From positions 1 to 64,000 of IMG/VR virus record IMGVR_UViG_3300008267_000004: 64,000 bases of DNA; one strand, given 5' to 3'. Shown here piece by piece: positions 49,001 through 56,868 of the stretch (the first letter of the stretch is position 1; each line of letters begins with the position of its first letter). The notes under the pieces were generated by a model that had not been told where the DNA came from, searched no databases, and saw only the letters and a list, made by a program, of their open reading frames with translations. The DNA comes from a virus. A program made the translations under genes and the position numbers.

Positions 49001-49706
49001 TTTCCTGTAAATAACCAATCCTAGGTATTTCTACTGGCTTTAAAAAGCTATATTCTAATCCTTCAATTGGAGTAAGCTGGTTTCTTCTTACAAAAAATTC
49101 AATAGGGCCAGAATCTAACATTAAAGACACTTTACTAAACAATCCAAGAATGCCGATAAAATCTTCTACTATGGTAACTGAATATTCAACCTCGGTTTGC
49201 TCTGCTTCTCTAGGTGGTCCCAAAGTTTCATTAAAGAAAGTTTGAGATATTAAATCTGTTGTTGTGGGTATTGCACCATATAAACCTTCAGATTCTCTTC
49301 TATCAATTACTGTATTTGCAACAGTTTTTGGAAATGAAAATTCTTGTGTTTCTGTAGATGATAAATTATTATCAATCCCCAAATCAGCAGCATAAGGCTC
49401 TTGTGGTTGAGCGTCTGGGAATGTAAGACCTTTTAATTCTTCGTCTGTAAGTTCGTCAAAAATTATCTCTTCTTCTTCCATATTTGATACTGGTGTTTCA
49501 GTATTAAAATCTGGCAACACTGAAAATTTAGTGTCTGAATTAGAAAATCTTTCAACAACTGGCTGTGTTAAATCTTGGTTAACTATACTATCAAAATCAT
49601 AGTATACAATCGATCCAACTGATAAAATATGAGTTGGCTTTTCTTCTCTATATGGTAATCTATTATTTTTATTTAATCTAGCGTATCTATCTGGGCTGTT
49701 AGACAT
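43026..49706 (-). CDS. Giant (2226 aa) mostly helical protein; baseplate hub / tape-measure candidate
   Basis: Lies between the spike-like gene and gp25. Ala-rich coiled-coil centre and several hydrophobic segments. No enzyme motif recognised. Confidence 0.45.
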   Translation of the reverse strand: MSNSPDRYARLNKNNRLPYREEKPTHILSVGSIVYYDFDSIVNQDLTQPVVERFSNSDTKFSVLPDFNTETPVSNMEEEEIIFDELTDEELKGLTFPDAQPQEPYAADLGIDNNLSSTETQEFSFPKTVANTVIDRRESEGLYGAIPTTTDLISQTFFNETLGPPREAEQTEVEYSVTIVEDFIGILGLFSKVSLMLDSGPIEFFVRRNQLTPIEGLEYSFLKPVEIPRIGYLQETDIIGWSDKKPFIVYYDERSELYYCSVEAEYDGLELTDEKIQKYVEDAYFTGLRLIFKSNAKKNSEDYIKQMSDRFYLFGYARDWAIKLRPCSNFYTLVVFPKKYLSSTDLIDYRADPLQAAKDGVTGGLLDPSVNPEDIKYIVTYSFLNYNSFAETIKDISKILASRGEEQFNFALKAADQYMGALTADNYLELIELDLRKEAKKFYDKDNVGNFLITIKKLLEINTIEHDVLYTDATKNNIAFGLTDQFNIAYIDIVRDGIAQTFVIDGYIFENEFGSYGVISNRSGFFLYNYCTYKIITDLATYEGEWNKELRNNLDIDKYIEKFVIPQPKEIDIPKRDFDCAKNNMKKLWEDGIIKGYNSIKAVAPVAEANFKKQLAYARGGKRRWIDFDAEADKQAASTPAATLPTTDPEPPTFGDDTLSAIKNAGYGDWSKPGPAALHLLKKTLRETNFQRALLQQIICWIRDANNQQALANLDSQFNSDLKKRIQEALTKFFCTPFMDMLIKALAAYKVPKFNPSDMSKALRDAYVTALSQAIIETFNIAIKELIKLMANCSKQGQGKNSPFTSDQELGLSAALDAILDNQDNPFSNSSIADIYGAMGLPTGNSDEDIQERERAKEDLKNLIADIACLMNPTEICRLIAEGTATDDILSLVRAIIEAKYPNISSVLKTRSEVEYLFQKLGQILNISDVCKKLGDQIAQENTNICSTESATKALKDALAQNGLTPEQIEGLIADAEDEKNKRLSDLLDGVTRTPEQLPMLCRNGKPGIINPAKVDTNYLDMFQGTLQGSLQPYYEMFNSDLKEWSANMIENPKISLTPEEIKTLSAASTSPLGGSNASNTKAAEENREKLLAMLIAKGILVADYVLDENGGIKYEDYEKKTGAKQKEINGVKQWKLSDDAFPKPKSNDQSQQSESNENKNNVDTSNMVISPILTQTLERVDFLEITKNLSEIIINTRVNSDIEREKFKILAEAQLNTGIQDEIKRIAAEKMGTIYYQITTELVNGGITLLEQWAAGTIEEDAGFWIGLQDLEKRYKGGWDGWWSTLLAGLWAIYELLDVFIADITGAVRTQGAQRVGIGDVSQISTVNRSIRTEAARAAPAGTRVAVAKRADSVYTVTSGDTIVATYDSSYASTIQSKGKTSAEVVVLENEKKAAIDKRAAYENYLNNPSDPNAKSAAERFGITETTQQGLDAAKQAEKTATANLDNAQRQDEFLIPENKLGTTELFAGIDSLAEGISRDIKLFEESFAFKAISGIWTTILDAISGLQSEVSTLDAQLEDARKQLASADIAFPNYDIKYTFGSVISPERARTSEFLSQVSNINITKNLNPFISSSYLEEISPDIAMYIKNNNLLAGYNGSSSIQQYAFEKYMTQIRKIDPKEINYSDIESEFMSDIYNDLKQSFFYKKPDNIGNTPYKNMSNLKKFQATLREPPGTNSDQFCGINNNSLDLDEIIEDVINDFREEACNNEPPNPTGGKRENMHPTERAMSDAFLLATLRVYIYDYFLKGIFLFDKYPIGIVATDPMLEFLSRCFEIEMKSFEPIYYQRFLDQCVSYFYKKNPTESKKIEIKTGERYDTLSARTKKEIFKKVIKSQILYISTRVTKKINNVINEKNAAPWQRLFVYGDETKKYESQYELQQFENYDNIQGHILKFFENRDPSEKIFTVVKNSSQTKVPVAGGRVIDTKGETLELYFKSKKILVTKSKFKKSITFKFLFEFCFPIRKYISVVTMQAIMANNARLQSMKTFFSTKAALKARHNSLMAGNGYKNNNDLGGAPANGGNSTANSGDQEAGWQSLLPLILRLAVQTPWQMLKGLCEVGDPNVFLASLPYNIARPITLAIMNQIPMLPEKTYGPDDLKPPPPRIYEEGALKGLPYAEDVMRRIGFNMSHGLFYATPAAGLALTFCFIPPTPFGLAYYLLGCWYDDFIDDTSNNETVNTTNAINFLNVKSNYKADSCNIARMAKKALKPKIELTEEQMIDLQYS

Positions 49707-49717
49707 ATTTATTCCCT

Positions 49718-50722
49718 TTAATTACAAAATACATAACTGCTTAGTATATTTGCTGAATTTTCCATTCCATCGTCTGGCACTAAGATGTATCTAGCTTTAG
49801 AGGCTTCAATAAATCCAGTTAATTCCATAGTCGATGCTTTAACATCTGTTAAAAGTCTTATTGCTTGATTATATCCATTAAATATCAATGACTGAGAAGG
49901 CAATCCTACATTTCCATAGAAAGAATCTCTATGTGTATGATTTAATACTAACATATTTAAAGCATTTTGGCTAATAACAAAAGACTCTAGAGTGGATATA
50001 ATATGATGCATTGCATCTGTAATTTCTACTAAAAATCCTTGTAAATTTTCTCCTTTTACCAAAGGCTGTAGAAGATCATCTCTATTATCTCCTATTAAAC
50101 ATATTCTGTGTCCAATAGGATAATCTACGCCAACTGCATTACCATGTGAGTCATAAAAATCAGTTCCAGAGACTATTTTTATATCTTTTCTGCCAATGAT
50201 TCTAACTGAATCAGCTTTTATTCCTATACCGGAACAATTTTCAGACGGTGCGGCTAAACTACTTCTTATTCTAAAATTATGATCTAAATTTGTTCTTTGG
50301 CTTATAACTATTCTTGCTGCATCCATAGTATAGTTATTTTCAGTAAATATTGGATTATTTGTAGAATCGGTAGATTTTGGATTTGGACCCATTCTTCCTA
50401 CGACTATATCTATCGCTGCAGATCTTTTTACCGCAGCACCTCCATATCCAGATAATCTATCTGATGGTCTGTCTCTACCAAAAACTATTGAACAATTTAA
50501 ATTGTGATAGGATAAAACATTTTCACAGTCTGCTTTATTAAAAATAGGTATAGCTTCAATTAATTCAGTATTTCCTATTCCAAGTTTTGAAGTTATATTT
50601 TCTGAATTTCTTTGTGACAAAATTACGCTAGCTGGTACATCACCTATTTTCATAGAATTAGGTGATGTTATTTCTCTGGCGTCTTCACTTTCTATTATTA
50701 CTTTTTTAAAGGATTCAAACAT
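49718..50722 (-). CDS. Baseplate central spike-like protein (gp5/gpV C-terminal type)
   Basis: Beta-rich IGIKADSVRIIGRKDIKIVSG, then LVKGENLQGFL...NHTH (HxH tip-like motif); position in the hub module. Confidence 0.5.
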   Translation of the reverse strand: MFESFKKVIIESEDAREITSPNSMKIGDVPASVILSQRNSENITSKLGIGNTELIEAIPIFNKADCENVLSYHNLNCSIVFGRDRPSDRLSGYGGAAVKRSAAIDIVVGRMGPNPKSTDSTNNPIFTENNYTMDAARIVISQRTNLDHNFRIRSSLAAPSENCSGIGIKADSVRIIGRKDIKIVSGTDFYDSHGNAVGVDYPIGHRICLIGDNRDDLLQPLVKGENLQGFLVEITDAMHHIISTLESFVISQNALNMLVLNHTHRDSFYGNVGLPSQSLIFNGYNQAIRLLTDVKASTMELTGFIEASKARYILVPDDGMENSANILSSYVFCN

Positions 50723-50731
50723 ATTTTTTCT

Positions 50732-52426
50732 CTATACAGTACGTGATTTAGATGCTGTTATTGCTTTACCACCACCAGCGATAGCTGGTGTTCCAGACAT
50801 CGGATTTGCCGAGCCTTTTCTTCTTCCACTTCTTTGATGAAGATTGTTTGCTAATAACCAAACTCTTCTTTCTTTTGCTATATCTGGAGCTTTTATTACA
50901 GCTGGTGGATGGACAGAAACGGATGCAGGATATTTATATTGATTCGCATAATTTTTAGGAAAATTACCACTTTTCTCTAAAGCCCCAGATGTTGATAAAA
51001 GTTCTTTTCTAGCAAATTGAGGTTTTACTCGATAATATCCAGCAAAAGCTTTCCACCAATCTCCATATTGTGGTTTAAACCATACATCATGATTGTATTC
51101 TTTACTTTTTGCACACCAAGATTTAGCTCCTGGGGTATCTACTCCTATTCCAGAATCTGCCATATCTGCATCACAAGGCGCTCCAGGTCCATTTGCTCCC
51201 CAAACTATAGAATGATTACCATGTGAAGGATCAGGATATGATACAACCATCATAATGTGAGCACCACCAGCGTATATAACTACATCTCCAGGAACTTGTT
51301 GTCCAATTGGTACTCTGTTACAAAATAGTTGAAAAAACCCTTTTGCGTTATTTTGACCAATTCCATATGCAACAGTACTGTAACCAGGTGGCCCTGGTGC
51401 TTTTGGATCTAAAGCTCCTATTTTTATTAGGCAATATCTGCAATATCCAATACAGTCAAGTCCTACATACATAGCTTCCCATGGTCCACTTGGATACCAA
51501 TTTGCATTAGGATACTTGGCACTATAATTTTTCCATCCTTCATGTGTTAAACATTCGTCTGGTGGGCTTCTATTGCCTTTGCCATTTAATGCACCAGAAA
51601 ATTTTCCTGGTTCATAAAAATTTGGATACCATCCATATCTATATAGACATCCTTTTGAATTTATCATGGTATCAATAATTTCACTATAATCAACTATCCA
51701 TCTTCCATTATATCCAGGTGGCATAGATGGATCACCTTTATTACCATCGGGAGCAACAGAGCCGCCAGTAAATGCAGCACCAACGATTCCAGAGCCAGCT
51801 GGGCCTCCAGCAGCTGAACCATATGCTCCATTTGGACCAGACATGTTTGGTTCAGATACTATTTTAGATATTAAAAAGCCATTCTCTCTAGTTCTAGCAT
51901 TTTGGAACATAATCCAAACGCCATCACCCGGCTGGATGTTCTCATTTTTACCTGGATTAAATTCTGCTACTTGCGTATAACTTGCCATTTTTTGTTCTGT
52001 TCTGGCAAATTTTTCTTTATCTTCTTTAGAGGCTTCTAGGCCATTTTGTAATTCTGGTAGCGTTTCCGGTGCTGGCAATCCAGCATGAACTTCTGGGATA
52101 TATACAATAAATTTTCGTATAACCAATGAAGTATCTGCAACTGGTGCTTGTTCGGAAGTAACAGATTCGCCTTCTGGCGGTGTGCCGGTTGAAGGTCTAG
52201 GTGGAATATTCATAAATGCCAAGGAGAAAGTTTCTTCACCTGGGTCTGCTGATTCTATTTGTTTTAGAACTGTTCCTGCGTAAAATACAGTTCCACCTAG
52301 AGCATCCGGCGTATATTTTTCTCTTAGGACTTCTTTTAGTGCGCTTTGCACGGTAGAAGTTTGAGCATTTAATTCGCTCCTAAATAAATCAGCAGAAACG
52401 AAATTTAAACCTCTAACTTGACTCAT
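50732..52426 (-). CDS. Baseplate hub protein with N-terminal OB-like region and NlpC/P60 cell-wall peptidase domain
   Basis: FIVYIPE...IQPGDGVWIMFQN (gp5-N-like), GLDCIGYCRYCL (catalytic Cys), PGDVVIYAGGAHIMMV (catalytic His). Confidence 0.7.
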   Translation of the reverse strand: MSQVRGLNFVSADLFRSELNAQTSTVQSALKEVLREKYTPDALGGTVFYAGTVLKQIESADPGEETFSLAFMNIPPRPSTGTPPEGESVTSEQAPVADTSLVIRKFIVYIPEVHAGLPAPETLPELQNGLEASKEDKEKFARTEQKMASYTQVAEFNPGKNENIQPGDGVWIMFQNARTRENGFLISKIVSEPNMSGPNGAYGSAAGGPAGSGIVGAAFTGGSVAPDGNKGDPSMPPGYNGRWIVDYSEIIDTMINSKGCLYRYGWYPNFYEPGKFSGALNGKGNRSPPDECLTHEGWKNYSAKYPNANWYPSGPWEAMYVGLDCIGYCRYCLIKIGALDPKAPGPPGYSTVAYGIGQNNAKGFFQLFCNRVPIGQQVPGDVVIYAGGAHIMMVVSYPDPSHGNHSIVWGANGPGAPCDADMADSGIGVDTPGAKSWCAKSKEYNHDVWFKPQYGDWWKAFAGYYRVKPQFARKELLSTSGALEKSGNFPKNYANQYKYPASVSVHPPAVIKAPDIAKERRVWLLANNLHQRSGRRKGSANPMSGTPAIAGGGKAITASKSRTV

Positions 52427-52430
52427 TTTT

Positions 52431-52715
52431 TTAGTTCTCCTTTATCATGTCAAAGAGACCATCAATTTCTCTTTCGGAAAGCTTTTCTTTATTTCCTTCT
52501 TTCTTTTGAACGATTGCAGTTAATTTAACCATCTGTTCATTTGATCTTTGAAGAGTTTCTAAATATTGTGCTGCAATATGACCTAAGTTTTGGTGTGAAG
52601 ATGCATCATCTTTCATTTTATCTACTAAACGAGTTAAAAGATAGGAAGCAACTGCTCTATCTTGCTCTATATTTTGTACAGATTTTTCTATAAAATCTTG
52701 TAATGATTTACTCAT
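52431..52715 (-). CDS. Hypothetical helical protein
   Basis: 94-aa ORF coupled to the sigma factor gene. Confidence 0.55.
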   Translation of the reverse strand: MSKSLQDFIEKSVQNIEQDRAVASYLLTRLVDKMKDDASSHQNLGHIAAQYLETLQRSNEQMVKLTAIVQKKEGNKEKLSEREIDGLFDMIKEN

Positions 52716-53427
52716 CTTCTTCGCTCCATAGATGTGTTATCTTTCCTTCATCCCAATCATTTTTAAAGTGTGTATATCTACCTCTAAATTTTTTTAAGTT
52801 GTTTACAACTTGTTTTGTACTTAAACCAGTCATCTCTCTTATGTAAAGATAAATAGCTTTTTTATTAAAAATTTGTATACTTTCGGGACTTTCTAGTAAA
52901 ACTTTTATAGCCTTAAAGACTTTTAATTCATTTTGCTTCATTTTTTCAGGTTGCCATGAATCTATTTCTTTCCATAGAGCTGTCCAAAATTCTGTTTCTT
53001 CTCTTTTTTGATCGTATGTATTATAAGATATAAAATTTTCATCCTCGGCTAAATTTCCTATATCATCTATACACACTTCTTTACTGTTTTGTATTTTTTT
53101 TACCTTATGGATGAACCAATTTTTTGTAATAACCGAAAAATAAGAAAAGGCTTTAGACCCTTTGGATACATCGTATTTATCCAATATGGTCGTAAGCCAA
53201 ATTTTACATTCATCTTTTAAGTCTTGAATATTAGGAAGCGTATTAAATTTATACGTATATACAATTTTATCAACCATTTCATTAAACGCTGGTTGTATTA
53301 GAGTTATATATAATTCTGTTCTTCTTTTATGATCTATTATAGTTGCGTATTCTAAAATCGCATCTTCATGCGTCTTAGAAAAATAGATCTTATTTTCTTT
53401 GTTATCATTCTCTGTTCTTTTCTTCAA
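52708..53427 (-). CDS. Phage RNA polymerase sigma factor (T4 gp55-like, putative late sigma)
   Basis: YFSKTHEDAILEY; region-2-like QDLKDECKIWL...KYDVSKGSKAFSYFSVITKNWFI; C-terminal FNKKAIYLYIREMTGLSTKQV. Confidence 0.75.
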   Translation of the reverse strand: MKKRTENDNKENKIYFSKTHEDAILEYATIIDHKRRTELYITLIQPAFNEMVDKIVYTYKFNTLPNIQDLKDECKIWLTTILDKYDVSKGSKAFSYFSVITKNWFIHKVKKIQNSKEVCIDDIGNLAEDENFISYNTYDQKREETEFWTALWKEIDSWQPEKMKQNELKVFKAIKVLLESPESIQIFNKKAIYLYIREMTGLSTKQVVNNLKKFRGRYTHFKNDWDEGKITHLWSEEDE

Positions 53428-53707
53428 CTTTTTTTTCTTCCTGTTTTTGAATTATAGTTTCTTTATATACACGACATGCTTCAACGATTAATTTTGTATT
53501 CTCTATAGCAATTTTAATTGTTTCATCACCATAGAATTCTTCTAATTCATAAACAGACTGTAAAGAATTTGAATATTCATTTAATAGTTTCTGAAGTTCA
53601 TCTACATTAGATATACCATACCATAGATTTTTTACTAACTTTCTACAATACCAAATTAATACAATATTTATAAGTGCCGATAAAAAAAGGATTGTTAAAA
53701 GTATCAT
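53405..53707 (-). CDS. Hypothetical protein with N-terminal TM helix and coiled coil
   Basis: MILLTILFLSALINIVLIWY followed by a helical region. Confidence 0.55.
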   Translation of the reverse strand: MILLTILFLSALINIVLIWYCRKLVKNLWYGISNVDELQKLLNEYSNSLQSVYELEEFYGDETIKIAIENTKLIVEACRVYKETIIQKQEEKKVEEKNRE

Positions 53708-53958
53708 TTATATTCTCTTCCTTTAAGTTCTTGTTTAGAATCCAATAATAACTTTCTGGAATCCTCTATAAATTTTTCGACTCTTTCACCAGCCATGTCT
53801 CTTTCGGATTTTTGTTTAGAATAGGAAGTTAATAGTTGTGGGATTCTTTCCAAAGTTTCTTTTCCGCACTTTTCACATAGTTTTAAACTTTCATTCATGC
53901 TGTGAAAAGAATCAAATTTATATTCACACTGTTTACATTCGTATGTATATAATGGCAT
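53704..53958 (-). CDS. FmdB-family zinc-ribbon protein
   Basis: MPLYTYECKQC...LKLCEKCG...LERI. Confidence 0.85.
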   Translation of the reverse strand: MPLYTYECKQCEYKFDSFHSMNESLKLCEKCGKETLERIPQLLTSYSKQKSERDMAGERVEKFIEDSRKLLLDSKQELKGREYK

Positions 53959-53960
53959 GA

Positions 53961-54140
53961 TCATTCTCCCGCTTGGTCTTCCGATAGTTTCATAGCAACA
54001 GGTGGATTTACAACAACTAACTCTCCATCTTCTAATTCTAGATCAAAACTTTTCATAAGTGGAACAATATCAGTTTGTTCCATTAGACTTTTTTGTAAAG
54101 CTACCATAACACATGTTAAAGCTTGGTCAGATAATTTCAT
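53961..54140 (-). CDS. Hypothetical 59-aa protein
   Basis: Not in ORF track. SD GAGGAG, ATG at 54140. MKLSDQALTCVMVALQKSLMEQTDIVPLMKSFDLELEDGELVVVNPPVAMKLSEDQAGE, TGA at 53961. Fills the gap exactly. Confidence 0.75.
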   Translation of the reverse strand: MKLSDQALTCVMVALQKSLMEQTDIVPLMKSFDLELEDGELVVVNPPVAMKLSEDQAGE

Positions 54141-54141
54141 T

Positions 54142-55086
54142 TTATACTCCTCTTATATTTGGATAATTTTTTTTAAACCAGTCACAAGTCTTCTTTATCC
54201 CTACTTCTAAACTTGTATACGTTTCTTCTTTCCATCCTAAATCTAGAAATTTTTTATTAGAAGTTGGTTTACGAATTTGTCCTTTTGGTTTTTTATTATC
54301 ATACGTTATATCACCATTATATTCTAATTCTTTAGAAATTAAAGTAATAACATCTTTTAATTTGTATTCTTTAGTAGATCCAATATTTACTGGATCTCCG
54401 GTATAATTATTATCTAATAAGAATTTTATCGCTTTAGCAATATCTTCAGCATAAGTAAACTCACGATAAACTTCACCATCACCCCAAACTTCAAACGATG
54501 GTTTATTATTAATTTTTGCCTCCCAGATTTTACGGATTAAAGATGGGATAACATGACCATTCTCAAGATCAAAATTATCATGTTCTCCATACATGTTGTT
54601 TGGAATAACTGATATATATTCTGTACTGTATTGTTGATTTGCTGCTTTTAATTGAACATCAACCATACGTTTTGCATAAGCATATCCAAAATTTGAATCA
54701 TGTGGAGGGCCATTATGAAGCTGATCTTCAGTTAGTGGATAATTTACATATTTTTCGTCTGGGTATATACACGTTGATAGACAACAAATTAACTTTGGGA
54801 CATCTGTAAATATACAAGATTGAATAATGTTGTTATTTATCTCAGAGTTTGTGTTATAAAAATCAGAAATATAGCGAGTATTTGCTTTTACTCCTCCAAC
54901 CTTTCCTGCTAAATGTATTACTGCTTTTATTTTTGATTCGGAGAATTCATTAAAATTATCAAAATATCGATGAGTATCATCATAGTTTTCTAAGTTTAAT
55001 TCTTTATGTGTTGGATAGAGAGCATCCGGTAATATTTTTTTAAATGCACTTCCAAGTAATCCAGAGCCGCCAGTTATAATAATCAT
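54142..55086 (-). CDS. fcl: GDP-L-fucose synthase-like epimerase/reductase (extended SDR)
   Basis: ITGGSGLLG, HLAGKVGG, CLSTCIYP, YAYAKR (YxxxK), PNNMYG, HVIPSLIRK and WGDGEVYREFTY. Confidence 0.9.
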   Translation of the reverse strand: MIIITGGSGLLGSAFKKILPDALYPTHKELNLENYDDTHRYFDNFNEFSESKIKAVIHLAGKVGGVKANTRYISDFYNTNSEINNNIIQSCIFTDVPKLICCLSTCIYPDEKYVNYPLTEDQLHNGPPHDSNFGYAYAKRMVDVQLKAANQQYSTEYISVIPNNMYGEHDNFDLENGHVIPSLIRKIWEAKINNKPSFEVWGDGEVYREFTYAEDIAKAIKFLLDNNYTGDPVNIGSTKEYKLKDVITLISKELEYNGDITYDNKKPKGQIRKPTSNKKFLDLGWKEETYTSLEVGIKKTCDWFKKNYPNIRGV

Positions 55087-55095
55087 ATAATTCCT

Positions 55096-55509
55096 CTAAT
55101 ATAATTCAGGAAAATCGGTACATACCCCTAATATATTTTTAGGTAGGTTTTTGTTGTGTCCAAATTCTACCGTAATCCCATCTTGTATATAAACACCAGG
55201 AAAACACCATAAATAATTTTTACTAGTTAAAGTAATTTTATCATTTTCATGCCAAAACCAATTTAACTCAGTATTTTTCAGTCTGATACAAGCATCAAAA
55301 TTTTTAGCATGTAGCCACATTTTATTGCTAAAGAAAAAATTTGTTACTTCGTATGTTGGTAAATCGTGTCCTAAAAACCATTTATTATTTACATACCAAA
55401 CATCTACTTCAACTTCAAATTTTTTTATTACTTCTAAGATCCTATCTGGATTGTTTTCCAGATTTCTTTCTATGCCATTTAAATTTCCTCTATGTGATAT
55501 AATTTTCAT
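55096..55509 (-). CDS. PI-PLC/GDPD-like phosphodiesterase-fold protein
   Basis: ISHRGN, ENNP, VEVDVWY, LGHD, WLHAKN and GVCTDF. Confidence 0.7.
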   Translation of the reverse strand: MKIISHRGNLNGIERNLENNPDRILEVIKKFEVEVDVWYVNNKWFLGHDLPTYEVTNFFFSNKMWLHAKNFDACIRLKNTELNWFWHENDKITLTSKNYLWCFPGVYIQDGITVEFGHNKNLPKNILGVCTDFPELY

Positions 55510-56275
55510 CAGAAATTCTTTCTTTGTATTGTTCTTCTGTTAAATAACATGATAAATATTCTGGTTGATTAATCCATTTTCCAATATTTATAATACCTGC
55601 AGTGCTTTTTGTATCTATAACCTTATAGTTGTTTAATATATATTTCCACGAATCTCTTGTCAGAGTTATGTAGTCTTCTAGGGTTAAATCCTTGTAGATA
55701 TATTTTTTTATCAGATTAAAAGATAATATATGTTCAGTTCCAAAAAAAGAATTAGAAAAGTCTGTTTTCTCTAAGTCATCATATACATCACAAATTTTTT
55801 TAATATCTTCTTTCATGCCTAAATAAAACCAATCAGAAATTCTAAACCAAGGTTTTGGTTCTGATGTGGAGTCTGGGTTTATGGTCATCATATTACTGAC
55901 CACTACTTTACTATCAAAGATTTTATATTCTCCAAATGCTTTTTCAAAATTAAAATAACTAAAAATATTTTTAGTTACCAAACAATCATTTCTTATCTTG
56001 AATATAAGATCATTTGAACTTTCTTCTAGTGCTTTTTTAAGCCCATATAACTGTCTTTTTAGATTGCAATGTTGTTGTACAGGCAATAAACCATTAAAAG
56101 GCCCAGGTCCGGGATCTTTACAAAATAATATTTTATCATATCCGCTTAAATTATTATTTTGTCCTTCCCAAGTTGATATTATTAATTCTCCATCAAACCA
56201 TTCCCTTATTTGGTTTATGGATCTCTGCACCATATTATTTTGTATTTCGCCTTGAATTATTACTGTTTTTTCCAT
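55490..56275 (-). CDS. WavE-like LPS/glycan synthesis protein
   Basis: Probable start MEKTVIIQGEI; ELIISTW, DPGP, NLKRQLYGLKKAL, KIRND and FRISDWFYLG. Confidence 0.7.
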   Translation of the reverse strand: MEKTVIIQGEIQNNMVQRSINQIREWFDGELIISTWEGQNNNLSGYDKILFCKDPGPGPFNGLLPVQQHCNLKRQLYGLKKALEESSNDLIFKIRNDCLVTKNIFSYFNFEKAFGEYKIFDSKVVVSNMMTINPDSTSEPKPWFRISDWFYLGMKEDIKKICDVYDDLEKTDFSNSFFGTEHILSFNLIKKYIYKDLTLEDYITLTRDSWKYILNNYKVIDTKSTAGIINIGKWINQPEYLSCYLTEEQYKERISDENYIT

Positions 56276-56868
56276 ACAAAAGAAATTCCATGATCTGTTA
56301 AACATTCTTTCTGAACTACCCAATCAAAATTTAAATTTTGGACAAACAGTTTTGGTCCTGGATGGTTGTTCGTATCGTGAAATCCAACAATTCCATATTC
56401 GGATAATAAGTTTGTAAATTCCCACTCTGCATATACTTGATTTATACTATGCCAACCATCTATAAAAATAAAATCTATTTCCTCAACTCCTTTAGATTTT
56501 ATGAATTCTAATATTTCAGAATAATTTTCAGATTTTGTTTGAAGAGTATAAACATTATTCTCTTCGTCATTCAAAAATGAACAATCTCTGATATCTACTC
56601 CAATATATACACAGTCTTTGTTTTTGTTTTTTACAAGTGTATATGAACTACCAAATTCACTTCTAGCAATTCCTATCTCTAAAATAGCTCTACATCTATC
56701 TTTAACTGTTAAAAAATATTTTTTTAAGCTTTCATGATTGCATGGAGTAAATTCACCATTTTGTCCATCATAATATACATCAGTTGTTTCACTTAGAGGA
56801 AGATCTGAATCATCTCTTGAATCATTAAATCTTATGTCTCTTAATAAATCAGATTGCCATTTTTTCAT
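56260..56868 (-). CDS. Class I SAM-dependent methyltransferase (Methyltransf_24-like)
   Basis: ILEIGI, YIGVDI, IDFIFIDGWHS and GIVGFHDT. Probable ATG at 56868 overlaps the RLP stop (TAATG). Confidence 0.8.
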   Translation of the reverse strand: MKKWQSDLLRDIRFNDSRDDSDLPLSETTDVYYDGQNGEFTPCNHESLKKYFLTVKDRCRAILEIGIARSEFGSSYTLVKNKNKDCVYIGVDIRDCSFLNDEENNVYTLQTKSENYSEILEFIKSKGVEEIDFIFIDGWHSINQVYAEWEFTNLLSEYGIVGFHDTNNHPGPKLFVQNLNFDWVVQKECLTDHGISFVWKKQ

